Positions 1 to 8,925 of a stretch of DNA of 13,545 nucleotides are shown here, piece by piece. The notes below the pieces were generated by a model. The model saw only the letters and a list, made by a program, of their open reading frames with translations. It did no database searches and was not told where the DNA came from. A program made the position numbers and the translations under genes. The stretch's first letter is position 1, and every line of letters begins with the position of its first letter. Origin of the DNA: Armatimonadota bacterium (GTDB taxonomy: Bacteria; Armatimonadota; Zipacnadia; Zipacnadales; UBA5352). Location: contig JAYENL010000022.1 in the NCBI GenBank assembly GCA_034722055.1, forward strand, positions 1 to 13,545, read 5' to 3'.

Positions 1-114
1 CGGCTACCAGCACGCAGCAGCGCGAACATGGATGCAGCGGGCGGTCGGCAGCATCATGCCGCTGCCGGTGGCTCGCGGTACGATGCTGACAGCTTCCGTT
101 CAGAGGTGAACCGC

Positions 115-1665
115 ATGCCCAGCAAGATCATGCCGGTTGCCGAAGCGGTCGCGAGGATCCCCGACGGCGCCACGATTGGCGTGGGCGGGTTCGTCGGCGC
201 CGGTCACCCCGAGGCGCTCACGGCGGCTCTCGAGGCGCGCTTCGAGGGCGAGGGCAGGCCACGGGACCTGACGGTTGTCTACGCCGCCGGGCAGGGGGAT
301 GGCAAGAGCCGCGGCATCAACCATCTGGCACACGAGGGGCTGGTCAAGCGGGTCATCGGCGGCCACTGGGGACTGTGCCCGGCGCTGGGCGCGCTGGCGG
401 TGGAGGGCACGGTGGAGGCCTACAACTGGCCGCAGGGCGTCATCTCACACCTCTTCCGCGAGATCGCCGCCGGCCGCCCGGGGCTGATCACCCACATCGG
501 CCTCAAGACATTCGTTGACCCCCGCAACAGCGGCGGGAAGCTCAACGACCAGACCACGGAGGAGCTGGTGGAGCTCATCGAGCTGCGCGGGCGGGAGTGG
601 ATGTTCTACCACGCCTTCCCCATCGACGTGGGGCTGGTACGGGGCACCACCGCCGACGAGCACGGCAACATCACCATGGAGCACGAGGCCTTGTTCGGCG
701 AGATGCTCGCCATCGCCCAGGCGGCGCGGAACTCGGGTGGGATTGTGCTGGCGCAGGTGGAGCGGATCGCGGCCCCCGGGACACTCAACCCCCAACAGGT
801 GCGCATACCGGGCATCCTGGTGGACGCCATTGTCGTGGCGGAGCCCGAGCAGCATCAGCAGACCTTCAGCGAGGATTACAACCCCGCCTACTGCGGCGAC
901 GTCCGCGTGCCCTTCGAGGCCATCCCCCCGCTACCCATGGACCAGCGCAAGATCATCGCGCGCCGCGCGGCGCTGGAGCTGAGCAGTGGGGCGGTCATCA
1001 ACCTCGGGATCGGCATGCCGGAGGGCGTCGCCGCGGTGGCCAATGAGGAAAGCATCGCCTCGGCCCTGAACCAGACGGTGGAGGCCGGCCCCATCGGCGG
1101 AGTGCCGGCGGGAGGGCTGTCCTTCGGCGCCGCAGCCAATCCCGAGGCCGTCATCGACCAGCCAGCCCAGTTCGACTTCTATGACGGCGGCGGGCTGGAC
1201 ATCGCCTTCCTCGGCATGGCGCAGGCGGACGCGGCGGGGAACGTGAACGTGAGCAGGTTCGGGCCGCGCGTGGCCGGCTGCGGCGGCTTCATCAACATCA
1301 CGCAGACCGCCGACACGGTGGTGTTCTGCGGCACGTTCACGGCCGGGGGGCTGGAGGTGGCCATCGAGGACGACCTGCTGCGCATCCTCCAGGAGGGCAG
1401 GCACCGCAAGTTTGTCGAGCAGGTGGAGCACGTCACGTTCTCGGGGGACTACGCCGGTGAGCAGGGCCAGCGTGTGATCTACGTGACTGAGCGGGCGGTC
1501 TTCGAGCTTTCCGACGGAGGGCTGACGCTCACCGAGATCGGGCCCGGCGTTGACGTCGAGAGCGACGTGCTCGCACAGATGGACTTCGCGCCGACCGTGT
1601 CTCCCGACCTGATGGAGATGGACCCCCGCATCTTCCGGGAGGCGCCCATGGGCCTGAGTGTGTGA
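115..1665 (+). CDS. ydiF: Acyl-CoA:acetate/3-ketoacid CoA-transferase, fused alpha+beta family I (YdiF / propionate CoA-transferase type)
   Basis: Translation shows family motifs [47 protein letters not shown], catalytic ExGxxG (VEAGPIGG), [28 protein letters not shown] and YVTERAVF. Start set at ATG 115 (MPSKIM) because GAGGTG at 103-108 is an SD 6 nt upstream. Substrate and true orthology (ydiF vs pct) cannot be resolved here. Confidence 0.92.
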   Translation: MPSKIMPVAEAVARIPDGATIGVGGFVGAGHPEALTAALEARFEGEGRPRDLTVVYAAGQGDGKSRGINHLAHEGLVKRVIGGHWGLCPALGALAVEGTVEAYNWPQGVISHLFREIAAGRPGLITHIGLKTFVDPRNSGGKLNDQTTEELVELIELRGREWMFYHAFPIDVGLVRGTTADEHGNITMEHEALFGEMLAIAQAARNSGGIVLAQVERIAAPGTLNPQQVRIPGILVDAIVVAEPEQHQQTFSEDYNPAYCGDVRVPFEAIPPLPMDQRKIIARRAALELSSGAVINLGIGMPEGVAAVANEESIASALNQTVEAGPIGGVPAGGLSFGAAANPEAVIDQPAQFDFYDGGGLDIAFLGMAQADAAGNVNVSRFGPRVAGCGGFINITQTADTVVFCGTFTAGGLEVAIEDDLLRILQEGRHRKFVEQVEHVTFSGDYAGEQGQRVIYVTERAVFELSDGGLTLTEIGPGVDVESDVLAQMDFAPTVSPDLMEMDPRIFREAPMGLSV

Positions 1666-1791
1666 GGCGGGCGCTGGCGATGACGAAGCTGAGCCACCCG
1701 CCATTAGCTGTCCGCCGACGCCAGAGGGCGCTGGGTCAACGGTCTCGGTTGGCCGCAGCCGGGGGCTGACCAGGATAGGAGGGCCGGAACC

Positions 1792-4700
1792 GTGCTGACC
1801 GTGTGCAGAGGGCCGCGCACCCGCGTTCTGATCGCTACGCTCCTCACCTTGTGTCTGGCTTCGGCGGCTGCGGCTGCCGACTGGCCGATGTGGCGGCATG
1901 ATGCCGCTCGCAGCGCGGCCACCGACCAACAGCTCAGTTCCGACCTGCACCTGCAGTGGGTCCGGGAGTGCCCCCCGCTGGAGCCCGCCTGGCCGGACGA
2001 GCCCCGCATGCGCTTCGACGCCTCCTATCAGCCCGTAGTGCTCGGGAAGACCGTGTTCGTGGCCTCGCCGCGATCCGATCACCTCCTGGCCCTTGACACC
2101 GACACGGGCAACGAGGGGTGGCGCTTCTACGCCGACGGGCCGATCCGCTTCGCGCCTGTTGCCTGGAGACAGCGGATCTACTTCTCGTGCGATGACGGGT
2201 GCCTCTACTGCCTCAGCGCCACCGACGGCACGCTCCTGTGGAAGTTCCAGGCGGCCCCAAGCAGCCGCAAGGTGCTCGGCAACGGCCGCCTCATCTCAAG
2301 CTGGCCGGCGCGCGGAGCGCCGGTAATCGTGGACGAGACGGCCTACTTCGCCGCCGGCATCTGGCCCTTCATGGGCATCTTCATCTACGCCCTTGACGCA
2401 CAGACCGGCGAGTTACTGTGGGTCAATGACTGTGCAGGCTCAGTGTTCATGCCCCAGCCTCACGGCGGGGCGCTGGCCTTCGCGGGAGTCGCTCCCCAGG
2501 GCTATATGGTGGCGGTGGGGGAGAGGCTCATCGTTCCCAACGGTCGCGCCGTCCCCGCCGTGTTCGATCGCAACACCGGGGAGATGCTCTACTTCCACCT
2601 GGCCGAGAGCAAGTATGAGGGCAACTTCGCCGCCTCGGCCACAAGCGGCCTGTTCTTCAACAGCGGGCGCGTGTTCGGACTGGAGGCCGGAACACCTCCC
2701 GGCGTCCTGCCACCTGACCCCATCCCCACCGAGGATGCCATCTACGCCGCTGCTGACGGATCCGTCGTCGCCTACGACCCGAGGACGGCACAGGTGGTGA
2801 CCGAGACGACCGACGACGGCAACGAGAGGTCTCGGCTGGAAGTGGACATCCTGTGGCAGGCCCCCGCGGAGGTGGACAGACTCTGGCTGAAGGCGGGCTC
2901 CGTGCTGCTTGCCAGTGCCGGGCAGACGGTGAAGGCCCTCTCGCTGAGCGAAGCAGGGGTGGCCGCGGAGGCGATGTGGCAGGCTGAGCTGCCGTCCACA
3001 CCCTCGGCGATGGCCGCGGCCGACGGGAAGCTGTTTGTGGTCACGCTGGACGGCACAATCCGCTGCTATGGCCCCCGGGAGGGCCAGCCAGTGCAGCACG
3101 CCCTCCGGCGGGAGGCCCCGGATGTCGCCGGCGCGGCCGTCACTCGCGCCGGCCGGATCATCGATCTCACCGGCGCCACGGCGGGCTACTGCCTGTGCCT
3201 GGGCCTTCACAGCGGCGACCTGATCGCCGAGCTCGCCCGGCAGTCAGACCTGCATATCATCGGCGTGGACCCGCGGGCCGAGAGGATCGCGGGCCTGCGC
3301 GAGCGCTTCGACGCCGCAGGGCTCTACGGGACGCGCATTGCCCTGCTCCACGGCCAGGTGCATCAGGTCGGCCTGCCTCCATATCTCGCCAGCCTCATCG
3401 TCTCGGAGGACCCGTCCGCGGTCGCGCTGGATGCCGAGCGTCCGCTCGTCACGACCATCTTCCGCTCCCTGCGGCCCTACGGGGGCACGGCCTGCCTGGC
3501 GCTTCCCGAGGCGCGCCACCAGGGCTTCGCCAGCTCCGTCGCGGCCTCCGACCTTCCCAACGCGCAGGTGACGCGCGCAGGCGAGTTCACGCTGCTCACT
3601 CGCCAGGGTCGGCTGCCCGGCTCCGATGACTGGACCCATCAGTACGCCAATGTCGCCAACACCGGCGTCTCCAGGGATGTCCTGGTGAAGGCCCCGCTGG
3701 GACTGCTGTGGTTCGGCGGATCCTCGAACGTGGACATTCTCCCTCGCCATGGGCACGGGCCACCAGAGCAGGTCATCGGCGGCCGCCTGTTCATTGAGGG
3801 TCCGGACTCGCTGCGCGCCAACGACGTCTACACCGGCCGCGTCATCTGGCGGCGGGAGCTGCCTGGCTTCGGTGCGGTCTATGACTACACCGGCCACCAG
3901 CCCGGCGCCAACGCCCTGGGGAGCAACTACGCCTCCGCGGCCGACGGCGTCTACGTGGCCTACGGTGACCGCTGCCTGCGGCTGGATCCGGCCACCGGCG
4001 AGACGCTCTCGGAACTGGTCCTGCCGCCTGCGGACAACGGTGGCGGCCCTCAGCAGTGGGGCTACATCGGCATCTGGGAGGACCTTCTGATCGCCGGCGC
4101 CAGCCCGGTCATATTCGAGGGCGACAAGCCGCCGGGGCGGGAGGAGAACTGGGATGCCACCTCCAGCAGGCAGATCGTGGTCATGGATCGCCACTCAGGC
4201 CAGGTCCTGTGGACCCACGACTCCACCTACTGCTTCAGGCACAACGCCATCTGCGCGGGATCAGGGAAGCTGTTCTGCGTCGATCGGCTGCCGGATGCCA
4301 TAGTTGCGAGGATGAAGCGGCGGGGCGAGGAGCTGACGACGTCCCCGCGCCTGGCCGCCCTCGACATACGCACCGGGGAGTTGCTGTGGAGCACCACCGC
4401 CGACGTTTTCGGCACCTTCCTCTCCTATTCGGCCGAACGCGACCTGCTGCTGCAGAGCGGAAGGCCGTCGCGCGACATGCTGCCCGACGAGCCCGGCGAT
4501 CGCATGATCGCATACCGCGGTGCCGATGGCAGTGTCGTCTGGGATGCTCATCACCAGTACGGTGGGCCGCCTCTCCTGCACGGTGATACTATCATCACGC
4601 AGGGCCAGGCATTCAGCCTGCTTGACGGCCGGCCGAGGGCGCGACGCAATCCCCTCACTGGAGCCGAGTCCCCCTGGCGCTTCGAGCGCTTCTACGGCTG

Positions 4701-5487
4701 CAACACCGCCATCGCCAGCGAGCACCTGCTCACCTTCCGGTCCGGCGCCGCCGGCTTCTTCGACCTGGCGCGCGACGGTGGCACCGGCAATATGGGCGGC
4801 TTCAAGTCCGGCTGCACCTCGAACCTGATCGTCGCGAACGGGGTCCTGAACGCCCCCGACTACACCCGCACGTGCACCTGCAGCTACCAGAACCAGACCT
4901 CTCTCGGCCTGGTGCACATGCCCGACGCGGAGATGTGGACCTTCAACAACCTCAGCCTCGGCGACCAGCCCGTCGCGCGCATGGGGTTGAACCTCGGTGC
5001 GCCGGGCGACCGGCGCGCCGACGATGGCACGCTGTGGCTGGAATACCCCACGGTGGGCGGCCCATCGCCCGAGCTTCGCGCCAGCGTGAGCCCGGAGGAA
5101 GTGAGCTGGTTCCGGCGACACTCATCAGCTCTGCGGGGCGGGAGATACGAGTGGGTGGGCGCCTCCGGAGCCGAAGGTCTCGCCCGGCTGACCATCACGC
5201 TGACCACGGGCGACGCCGAGCCGCGCCCGTACGCCGTTACCCTTTACTTCGCTGAGCCCGAGGACATCGCCGCCGGCGACCGGGTGTTCAGCGTCGCCCT
5301 GCAGGGGCGGACGGTGCTGGAGGACTTCGACGTCGTGGCGGCGGCCGGCGGGCGTCGGCGCGTGGTCACGAGGCAGTTCGCGGGGATTGAGGTGGCGGAT
5401 GATCTGACCGTAGACCTTGCACCGACGCAGCCCGACCCCTCTCGCGGCCCCATCCTCTGCGGCGTCGAAGTCGTCAGCTCGCCCTGA
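1792..5487 (+). CDS. Secreted PQQ-binding-like beta-propeller repeat protein with internal class I SAM-methyltransferase-like domain and C-terminal malectin-like domain
   Basis: GTG start with AGGAGG at 1777-1782; Sec signal peptide (RTRVLIATLLTLCLASAAAAA-DWPMWRHD); repeated propeller motifs (ALDTDTGNEGWRF, CLSATDGTLLWKF, ALDAQTGELLW, ALDIRTGELLW); Rossmann-like segment GYCLCLGLHSGDLIAELARQSDLHIIGVD...LRPYGG (about 3184-3486); second propeller from DDWTHQY (3625); malectin-like YAVTLYFAEP...GDRVFSVALQGRTVLEDFDVV...PILCGVEV. Confidence 0.85.
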   Translation: MLTVCRGPRTRVLIATLLTLCLASAAAAADWPMWRHDAARSAATDQQLSSDLHLQWVRECPPLEPAWPDEPRMRFDASYQPVVLGKTVFVASPRSDHLLALDTDTGNEGWRFYADGPIRFAPVAWRQRIYFSCDDGCLYCLSATDGTLLWKFQAAPSSRKVLGNGRLISSWPARGAPVIVDETAYFAAGIWPFMGIFIYALDAQTGELLWVNDCAGSVFMPQPHGGALAFAGVAPQGYMVAVGERLIVPNGRAVPAVFDRNTGEMLYFHLAESKYEGNFAASATSGLFFNSGRVFGLEAGTPPGVLPPDPIPTEDAIYAAADGSVVAYDPRTAQVVTETTDDGNERSRLEVDILWQAPAEVDRLWLKAGSVLLASAGQTVKALSLSEAGVAAEAMWQAELPSTPSAMAAADGKLFVVTLDGTIRCYGPREGQPVQHALRREAPDVAGAAVTRAGRIIDLTGATAGYCLCLGLHSGDLIAELARQSDLHIIGVDPRAERIAGLRERFDAAGLYGTRIALLHGQVHQVGLPPYLASLIVSEDPSAVALDAERPLVTTIFRSLRPYGGTACLALPEARHQGFASSVAASDLPNAQVTRAGEFTLLTRQGRLPGSDDWTHQYANVANTGVSRDVLVKAPLGLLWFGGSSNVDILPRHGHGPPEQVIGGRLFIEGPDSLRANDVYTGRVIWRRELPGFGAVYDYTGHQPGANALGSNYASAADGVYVAYGDRCLRLDPATGETLSELVLPPADNGGGPQQWGYIGIWEDLLIAGASPVIFEGDKPPGREENWDATSSRQIVVMDRHSGQVLWTHDSTYCFRHNAICAGSGKLFCVDRLPDAIVARMKRRGEELTTSPRLAALDIRTGELLWSTTADVFGTFLSYSAERDLLLQSGRPSRDMLPDEPGDRMIAYRGADGSVVWDAHHQYGGPPLLHGDTIITQGQAFSLLDGRPRARRNPLTGAESPWRFERFYGCNTAIASEHLLTFRSGAAGFFDLARDGGTGNMGGFKSGCTSNLIVANGVLNAPDYTRTCTCSYQNQTSLGLVHMPDAEMWTFNNLSLGDQPVARMGLNLGAPGDRRADDGTLWLEYPTVGGPSPELRASVSPEEVSWFRRHSSALRGGRYEWVGASGAEGLARLTITLTTGDAEPRPYAVTLYFAEPEDIAAGDRVFSVALQGRTVLEDFDVVAAAGGRRRVVTRQFAGIEVADDLTVDLAPTQPDPSRGPILCGVEVVSSP

Positions 5488-5579
5488 TAGCTCGGCGATG
5501 GCTGAGCCGCGTGCTGCCGGCCCCCGCCGGGGCCAGGACCTGGCAGCACACCGCCCAGGTCCCATCCCGGCCCGGTTAA

Positions 5580-5604
5580 GTAGTGCAGGCGCCCTCGCCT
5601 GCAC
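5580..5604 (+). repeat. GTAG-type REP-like palindrome between convergent genes
   Basis: GTAG (5580-5583) running into a perfect 9-bp stem GTGCAGGCG (5583-5591), loop CCCT, CGCCTGCAC (5596-5604). This is the layout of GTAG-family REPs. Genome-wide repetition cannot be seen from this window. Confidence 0.55.
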
Positions 5605-5649
5605 GCCGTTGGCAGGGCCTCACCCGGCGCCTCCAGTCACATGACCTGC

Positions 5650-6756
5650 TCACATCTCCGCCAGGCCTCTGGCGACCCTCCCGGCCTCGGTCTCCTCAGC
5701 GGCGGTTCCCGACATCGCCTCTGCGATGTCCGCCAGGTGCTGGCAGTGGGCTGCCGCCCGCTCGATGTCGAGGGGTCGCGGCGTCGCGCCCACAAGGCGC
5801 ATGAAGTTCCCGCCGTAGATCTTCACCAGGACCTCGTCAGGCAGCGACATCCCCCGGATCACGCCGTCCTCGGGTGGCCCCAGAAGGAAGTCCGCCTCCG
5901 GCGGGACGCGGAACTCGTCGTCGCTCTCAAGCCAGCGGAACACGATGCCCGCTCGAGCTTTCGCCTCGGGGGTGCTCAGCCCGGTGCTGAGATCGGTGCC
6001 GAACACGTTGCGGTCCGCGTGGCGTGTGAAGAACTCCCGCCCGGCATCGGGGTCCCGGGAGATGTTGTAGAGCATCTCCACCCCGGGGGCCAGGTCGAAG
6101 CACACCGTCGGGTGGTCGCCGAGAAACCGGCCGGCGCGTTGCAGGTCCGCCGATAGGAAGTAGAAATGGGCGAAGATGATCTTGAGTGCAGGATGCCGCC
6201 CCAGGACCTCATCCACCTCGGCGTAAAGCTCCTCCTTCTGCACATCCTCCGGGCCATAGCCCCAGTTGCGCTCTTTGGCCCATCCAGGGATTGCGTCCGG
6301 ATCCCAGAACTCCTCCGGGTCGTTGACATGCCAGACGATCGGCGTGCCCAGCTCCTCCACACGGGCCCAGTACTCAGCGAAGTAGGGATCGGTCACGGGG
6401 ATGTCCATCCGCTGCCTGGAGGTGGGCTTGCCCTCGATCATCTTGATGCCGTCACAGCCCATCTCCGCCAGGATCTCCGCCTGCTCCGCGAGACCGGGGG
6501 CGGCCACCTGCCCGTCGGAGAGCTGTCGCGCATGGTTCAGGCCGCCGAATACGAAGAACCGCTCGGGATGGCGGGCCTTCACCTGAAGCGCGGCCGGCAG
6601 GCCCGCGCCCGCCTCCGGATCCTGGATCGCCACCAGGCCCATCCTGTCGATCCCCGTTGCCTCGCGGATTGCCTGCAGCGAGGCTTCGGCATCCATCCCA
6701 CGCGCGTGCACGTGGCTGTCAATGATGTCGGGCATCTTCGAGCGCCACCGGTCCAT
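5650..6756 (-). CDS. Amidohydrolase family protein (Amidohydro_2-like metal-dependent TIM-barrel hydrolase)
   Basis: Full set of superfamily metal ligands: IIDSHVH (HxH), DGIKM (Lys), PIVWHVND (His), IIFAHF (His), VFGTDL (Asp), plus KIYGGNFMRL near the C-terminus. GGAGGAG lies 5 nt upstream of ATG 6756; alternative ATG at 6735. Confidence 0.88.
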   Translation of the reverse strand: MDRWRSKMPDIIDSHVHARGMDAEASLQAIREATGIDRMGLVAIQDPEAGAGLPAALQVKARHPERFFVFGGLNHARQLSDGQVAAPGLAEQAEILAEMGCDGIKMIEGKPTSRQRMDIPVTDPYFAEYWARVEELGTPIVWHVNDPEEFWDPDAIPGWAKERNWGYGPEDVQKEELYAEVDEVLGRHPALKIIFAHFYFLSADLQRAGRFLGDHPTVCFDLAPGVEMLYNISRDPDAGREFFTRHADRNVFGTDLSTGLSTPEAKARAGIVFRWLESDDEFRVPPEADFLLGPPEDGVIRGMSLPDEVLVKIYGGNFMRLVGATPRPLDIERAAAHCQHLADIAEAMSGTAAEETEAGRVARGLAEM

Positions 6757-6921
6757 GAGAGCTCCTCCGTTCCTGGTTCGGGCTGCACTTCACAGAACGT
6801 GCTGACACGTGCACAGACGGCCGTTGCCGCCATGTCTCAGCGACTTTTGCGTAGTGGGCTATCCCATGCCGCCGGTATCGGCCGTAGCACTCTCCCTGAC
6901 TGCGCCAGATCAGCCACACGC

Positions 6922-6951
6922 AGTATAATCCTCTTCGCATTCACCAGGCAA
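6922..6951 (-). promoter_or_regulatory. Putative sigma70-type promoter for the amidohydrolase gene
   Basis: Minus strand TTGCCT (6951-6946), 18 nt spacer, TATACT (6927-6922), in a locally AT-richer patch about 165 nt upstream of ATG 6756. Confidence 0.5.
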
Positions 6952-7002
6952 CCGGCGCAGAACGGTCGTTGGTCGTCCGCGTCCGTCGTTGCCCAGTGGT
7001 TT

Positions 7003-7028
7003 GGAGGGGCCGGCCTCCGTTCCGGCCC
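7003..7028 (+). repeat. REP-like palindrome (GGAG variant) downstream of the GHL10-like gene
   Basis: GGAG (7003-7006) + stem GGGCCGG (7007-7013), loop CCTCCGTT, CCGGCCC (7022-7028). Same tetranucleotide-plus-hairpin layout as GTAG REPs, with GGAG in place of GTAG. Confidence 0.45.
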
Positions 7029-7063
7029 GGCCGTTCGCTACGGCCCCGCACGGCCGTTCGCCG

Positions 7064-8767
7064 CTACCGCTCGACGCGGATGTCGAGCTCCTCCAGGTAG
7101 GGAACGTCAAGGCCGTGCTCGGCGCCGCCGTGCCAGGTCAGCCCCAGCTCATTGTCGCCGCGCAGGGGCGGGCAGTCTGCCAGCGACATCTCGAACCACG
7201 TCCAGTTCAGTTGGGGATCGCTCCTGTCGATGGTGCGCGTGACGGCCTCCTCTGGCACGGCCGCGCCATTGATGTCGAGGGCCACCGCGTCCGTCTCGTC
7301 GCAGTGGAAGATGCGGAAGCGCAGCCTCCCCGCCAGTCGGCCTCCGTCGCGGCCGTCCGCCATGCGGAAGGGAAACACCTGCCGCAGCCCCCGCCTGCCC
7401 TCGTTGAAGTGCAGCACCGTGCCGAGGTACTCCCCGCCACGGGTGTTGCGGCCGCTCTCGCAGAAGGCGTAGTTCCTCTGCACGCCCACAAAGTCTCGCT
7501 TGCAGGTGGGCAGGAAGTGATACCGGCGCGGTCCGGCCGGGATGCGCTCCGGCCTGGCGACGGCGTTCGACCAGCGGATCATGCGCTCCACCTGCTCGGG
7601 ATCCGCGCCCCACTTCTGCCCGCCGAAGGGGTTCATGTTGCACGGCAGGTTCCAGAAGCCGATGCCCGTTGCGCCCCAGGCGCGCAGGTTGAGGGCGACC
7701 GCGCGGGCCTCCTCCTCGGTGTTGAGGTAGCTGAGGTACCCTGTGGCATCCCGGTTGCGTGCCAGGCCCCGCTCCTCGGCGGCGGGCGGGCCGGGCCATG
7801 AGCCGCCGATCATGTCGCCCATGTGCCCCAGAATGCGGCAGTCCGTGCCCCGGGCCAGCTCGGCGAACTCCTCCACGCGCAGGTCGGGGCGGCTCTCATT
7901 CTGGGTGCTCACCACTGCATAGTCGAGGTATCCCCGCTGCATCATCGCACCCACGTCAACGCCCACGTGCAGAGACTCGTCCACGCTGCTGAGCACCCGC
8001 GCCCCGAGCAGCAGACGCTCCGCTCCCCGTTTGCGGGCCAGATCGTCGAGCACGGCGCGGATCCGGCCCACGAACTCCGTCATCACCGGCGCCATCTGCT
8101 CCCCGGAATCACGCTCGAAGTGCTTGGACCACCGGTTGAAGTTGAGCGAGAGGCCGTCGATCCGCCGCGAGGTTACCAGGTCGGAGATGATCGCCAGGCG
8201 GTGCTCCCGGACCTCGGCGTGGCTGTAGTCGAGGGCGACTTCGGCTATGCCGTCGGACCGGCGGATGATGTACTCCGGATGCTCCGCCACCCACTCGCTG
8301 ACCTGAAGCGCCGAGCCGTCCATGCTGTCCAACTCGTCCGGCACGCGGTGGTGGGTATCCGACATCCGCACCTCGGCCACCACCCTGATGTCCCGTCGGC
8401 GGAGCTCGTCGGCCTGCACCTGCAGGACGTCGCGCCCGGTCTGCGAGAGGCGGTGGATGAAGTAGGCGATGTGCGCGAGAGAGCGGCCGTCGGCCGGTCG
8501 GCCCGTGCCGCCGCGGTGGCGGAGGCCACCCTCCTGCTCCATGTACCGGACAATCTGCGGCATCATGCGCTCGCCGAGGACCTCGCCGGCGGCGCTGGGG
8601 CAGAAGCACACGTCCGGCGTCGCCGCATTCACCTCCCAGACGTCGCAGGGCAGCCGGTCGGCTGCCCAGTTCACGTACTCCCGCAGGCTGCGCTCCGGCT
8701 CCTCGATGTCCAGGTAGGCGTAGTTGCCGGTGTCCTCGTTGTTGACGATCATCCAATCGCCCGGCAT
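7064..8767 (-). CDS. Putative glycoside hydrolase-like TIM-barrel protein (GHL10/DUF187-like) with C-terminal beta-sandwich; no signal peptide
   Basis: GGGAGG SD 7 nt upstream of ATG 8767; IVNNEDTG N-terminus; IRVVAEVRMSDTHH; WVAEHPEY; ALDYSHAEVREHRLAIISDLV...IDGLSLNFNRW; MTEFVGRIRAVLD; GARV...GVDVGAMMQRGYLDY; C-terminal VALDING...LRGDNELGL. Family recognised by pattern, not by search. Confidence 0.7.
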   Translation of the reverse strand: MPGDWMIVNNEDTGNYAYLDIEEPERSLREYVNWAADRLPCDVWEVNAATPDVCFCPSAAGEVLGERMMPQIVRYMEQEGGLRHRGGTGRPADGRSLAHIAYFIHRLSQTGRDVLQVQADELRRRDIRVVAEVRMSDTHHRVPDELDSMDGSALQVSEWVAEHPEYIIRRSDGIAEVALDYSHAEVREHRLAIISDLVTSRRIDGLSLNFNRWSKHFERDSGEQMAPVMTEFVGRIRAVLDDLARKRGAERLLLGARVLSSVDESLHVGVDVGAMMQRGYLDYAVVSTQNESRPDLRVEEFAELARGTDCRILGHMGDMIGGSWPGPPAAEERGLARNRDATGYLSYLNTEEEARAVALNLRAWGATGIGFWNLPCNMNPFGGQKWGADPEQVERMIRWSNAVARPERIPAGPRRYHFLPTCKRDFVGVQRNYAFCESGRNTRGGEYLGTVLHFNEGRRGLRQVFPFRMADGRDGGRLAGRLRFRIFHCDETDAVALDINGAAVPEEAVTRTIDRSDPQLNWTWFEMSLADCPPLRGDNELGLTWHGGAEHGLDVPYLEELDIRVER

Positions 8768-8925
8768 TGGCGGCCCTCCCGTCAGTCCCTGTCGGGTGCG
8801 CCTATCGACCTTCGTCCATCGCCTTGGCGCCGGACGTGCCGGAGCAGAGTGCCAGGCGCAGCGCCGGCATCACCCAGCCGCTGTCGCAGTGCTCTTCGCC
8901 GTCGTCGTGCTGTTCGGAGTCGTCG

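Noticed and set aside
2..109. Open frame [10 protein letters not shown]...SVQR* as the 3' end of an upstream gene
   Set aside because: Too short and truncated, with no recognisable motif and weak codon bias; cannot be supported.
28..114. 29-aa N-terminal extension of the CoA-transferase
   Set aside because: Family similarity begins at MPSKIM and the SD precedes ATG 115.
1666..1720. GGCGATG followed by a hairpin (also GGCGATGG near 5495) as a fluoride riboswitch or intrinsic terminator
   Set aside because: The downstream fluoride consensus is missing, the gene context does not fit, and there is no U-tract.
6830..6900. GGGAGAG in the amidohydrolase leader as a glycine riboswitch
   Set aside because: No CCGAAG or CUCUCAGG elements.
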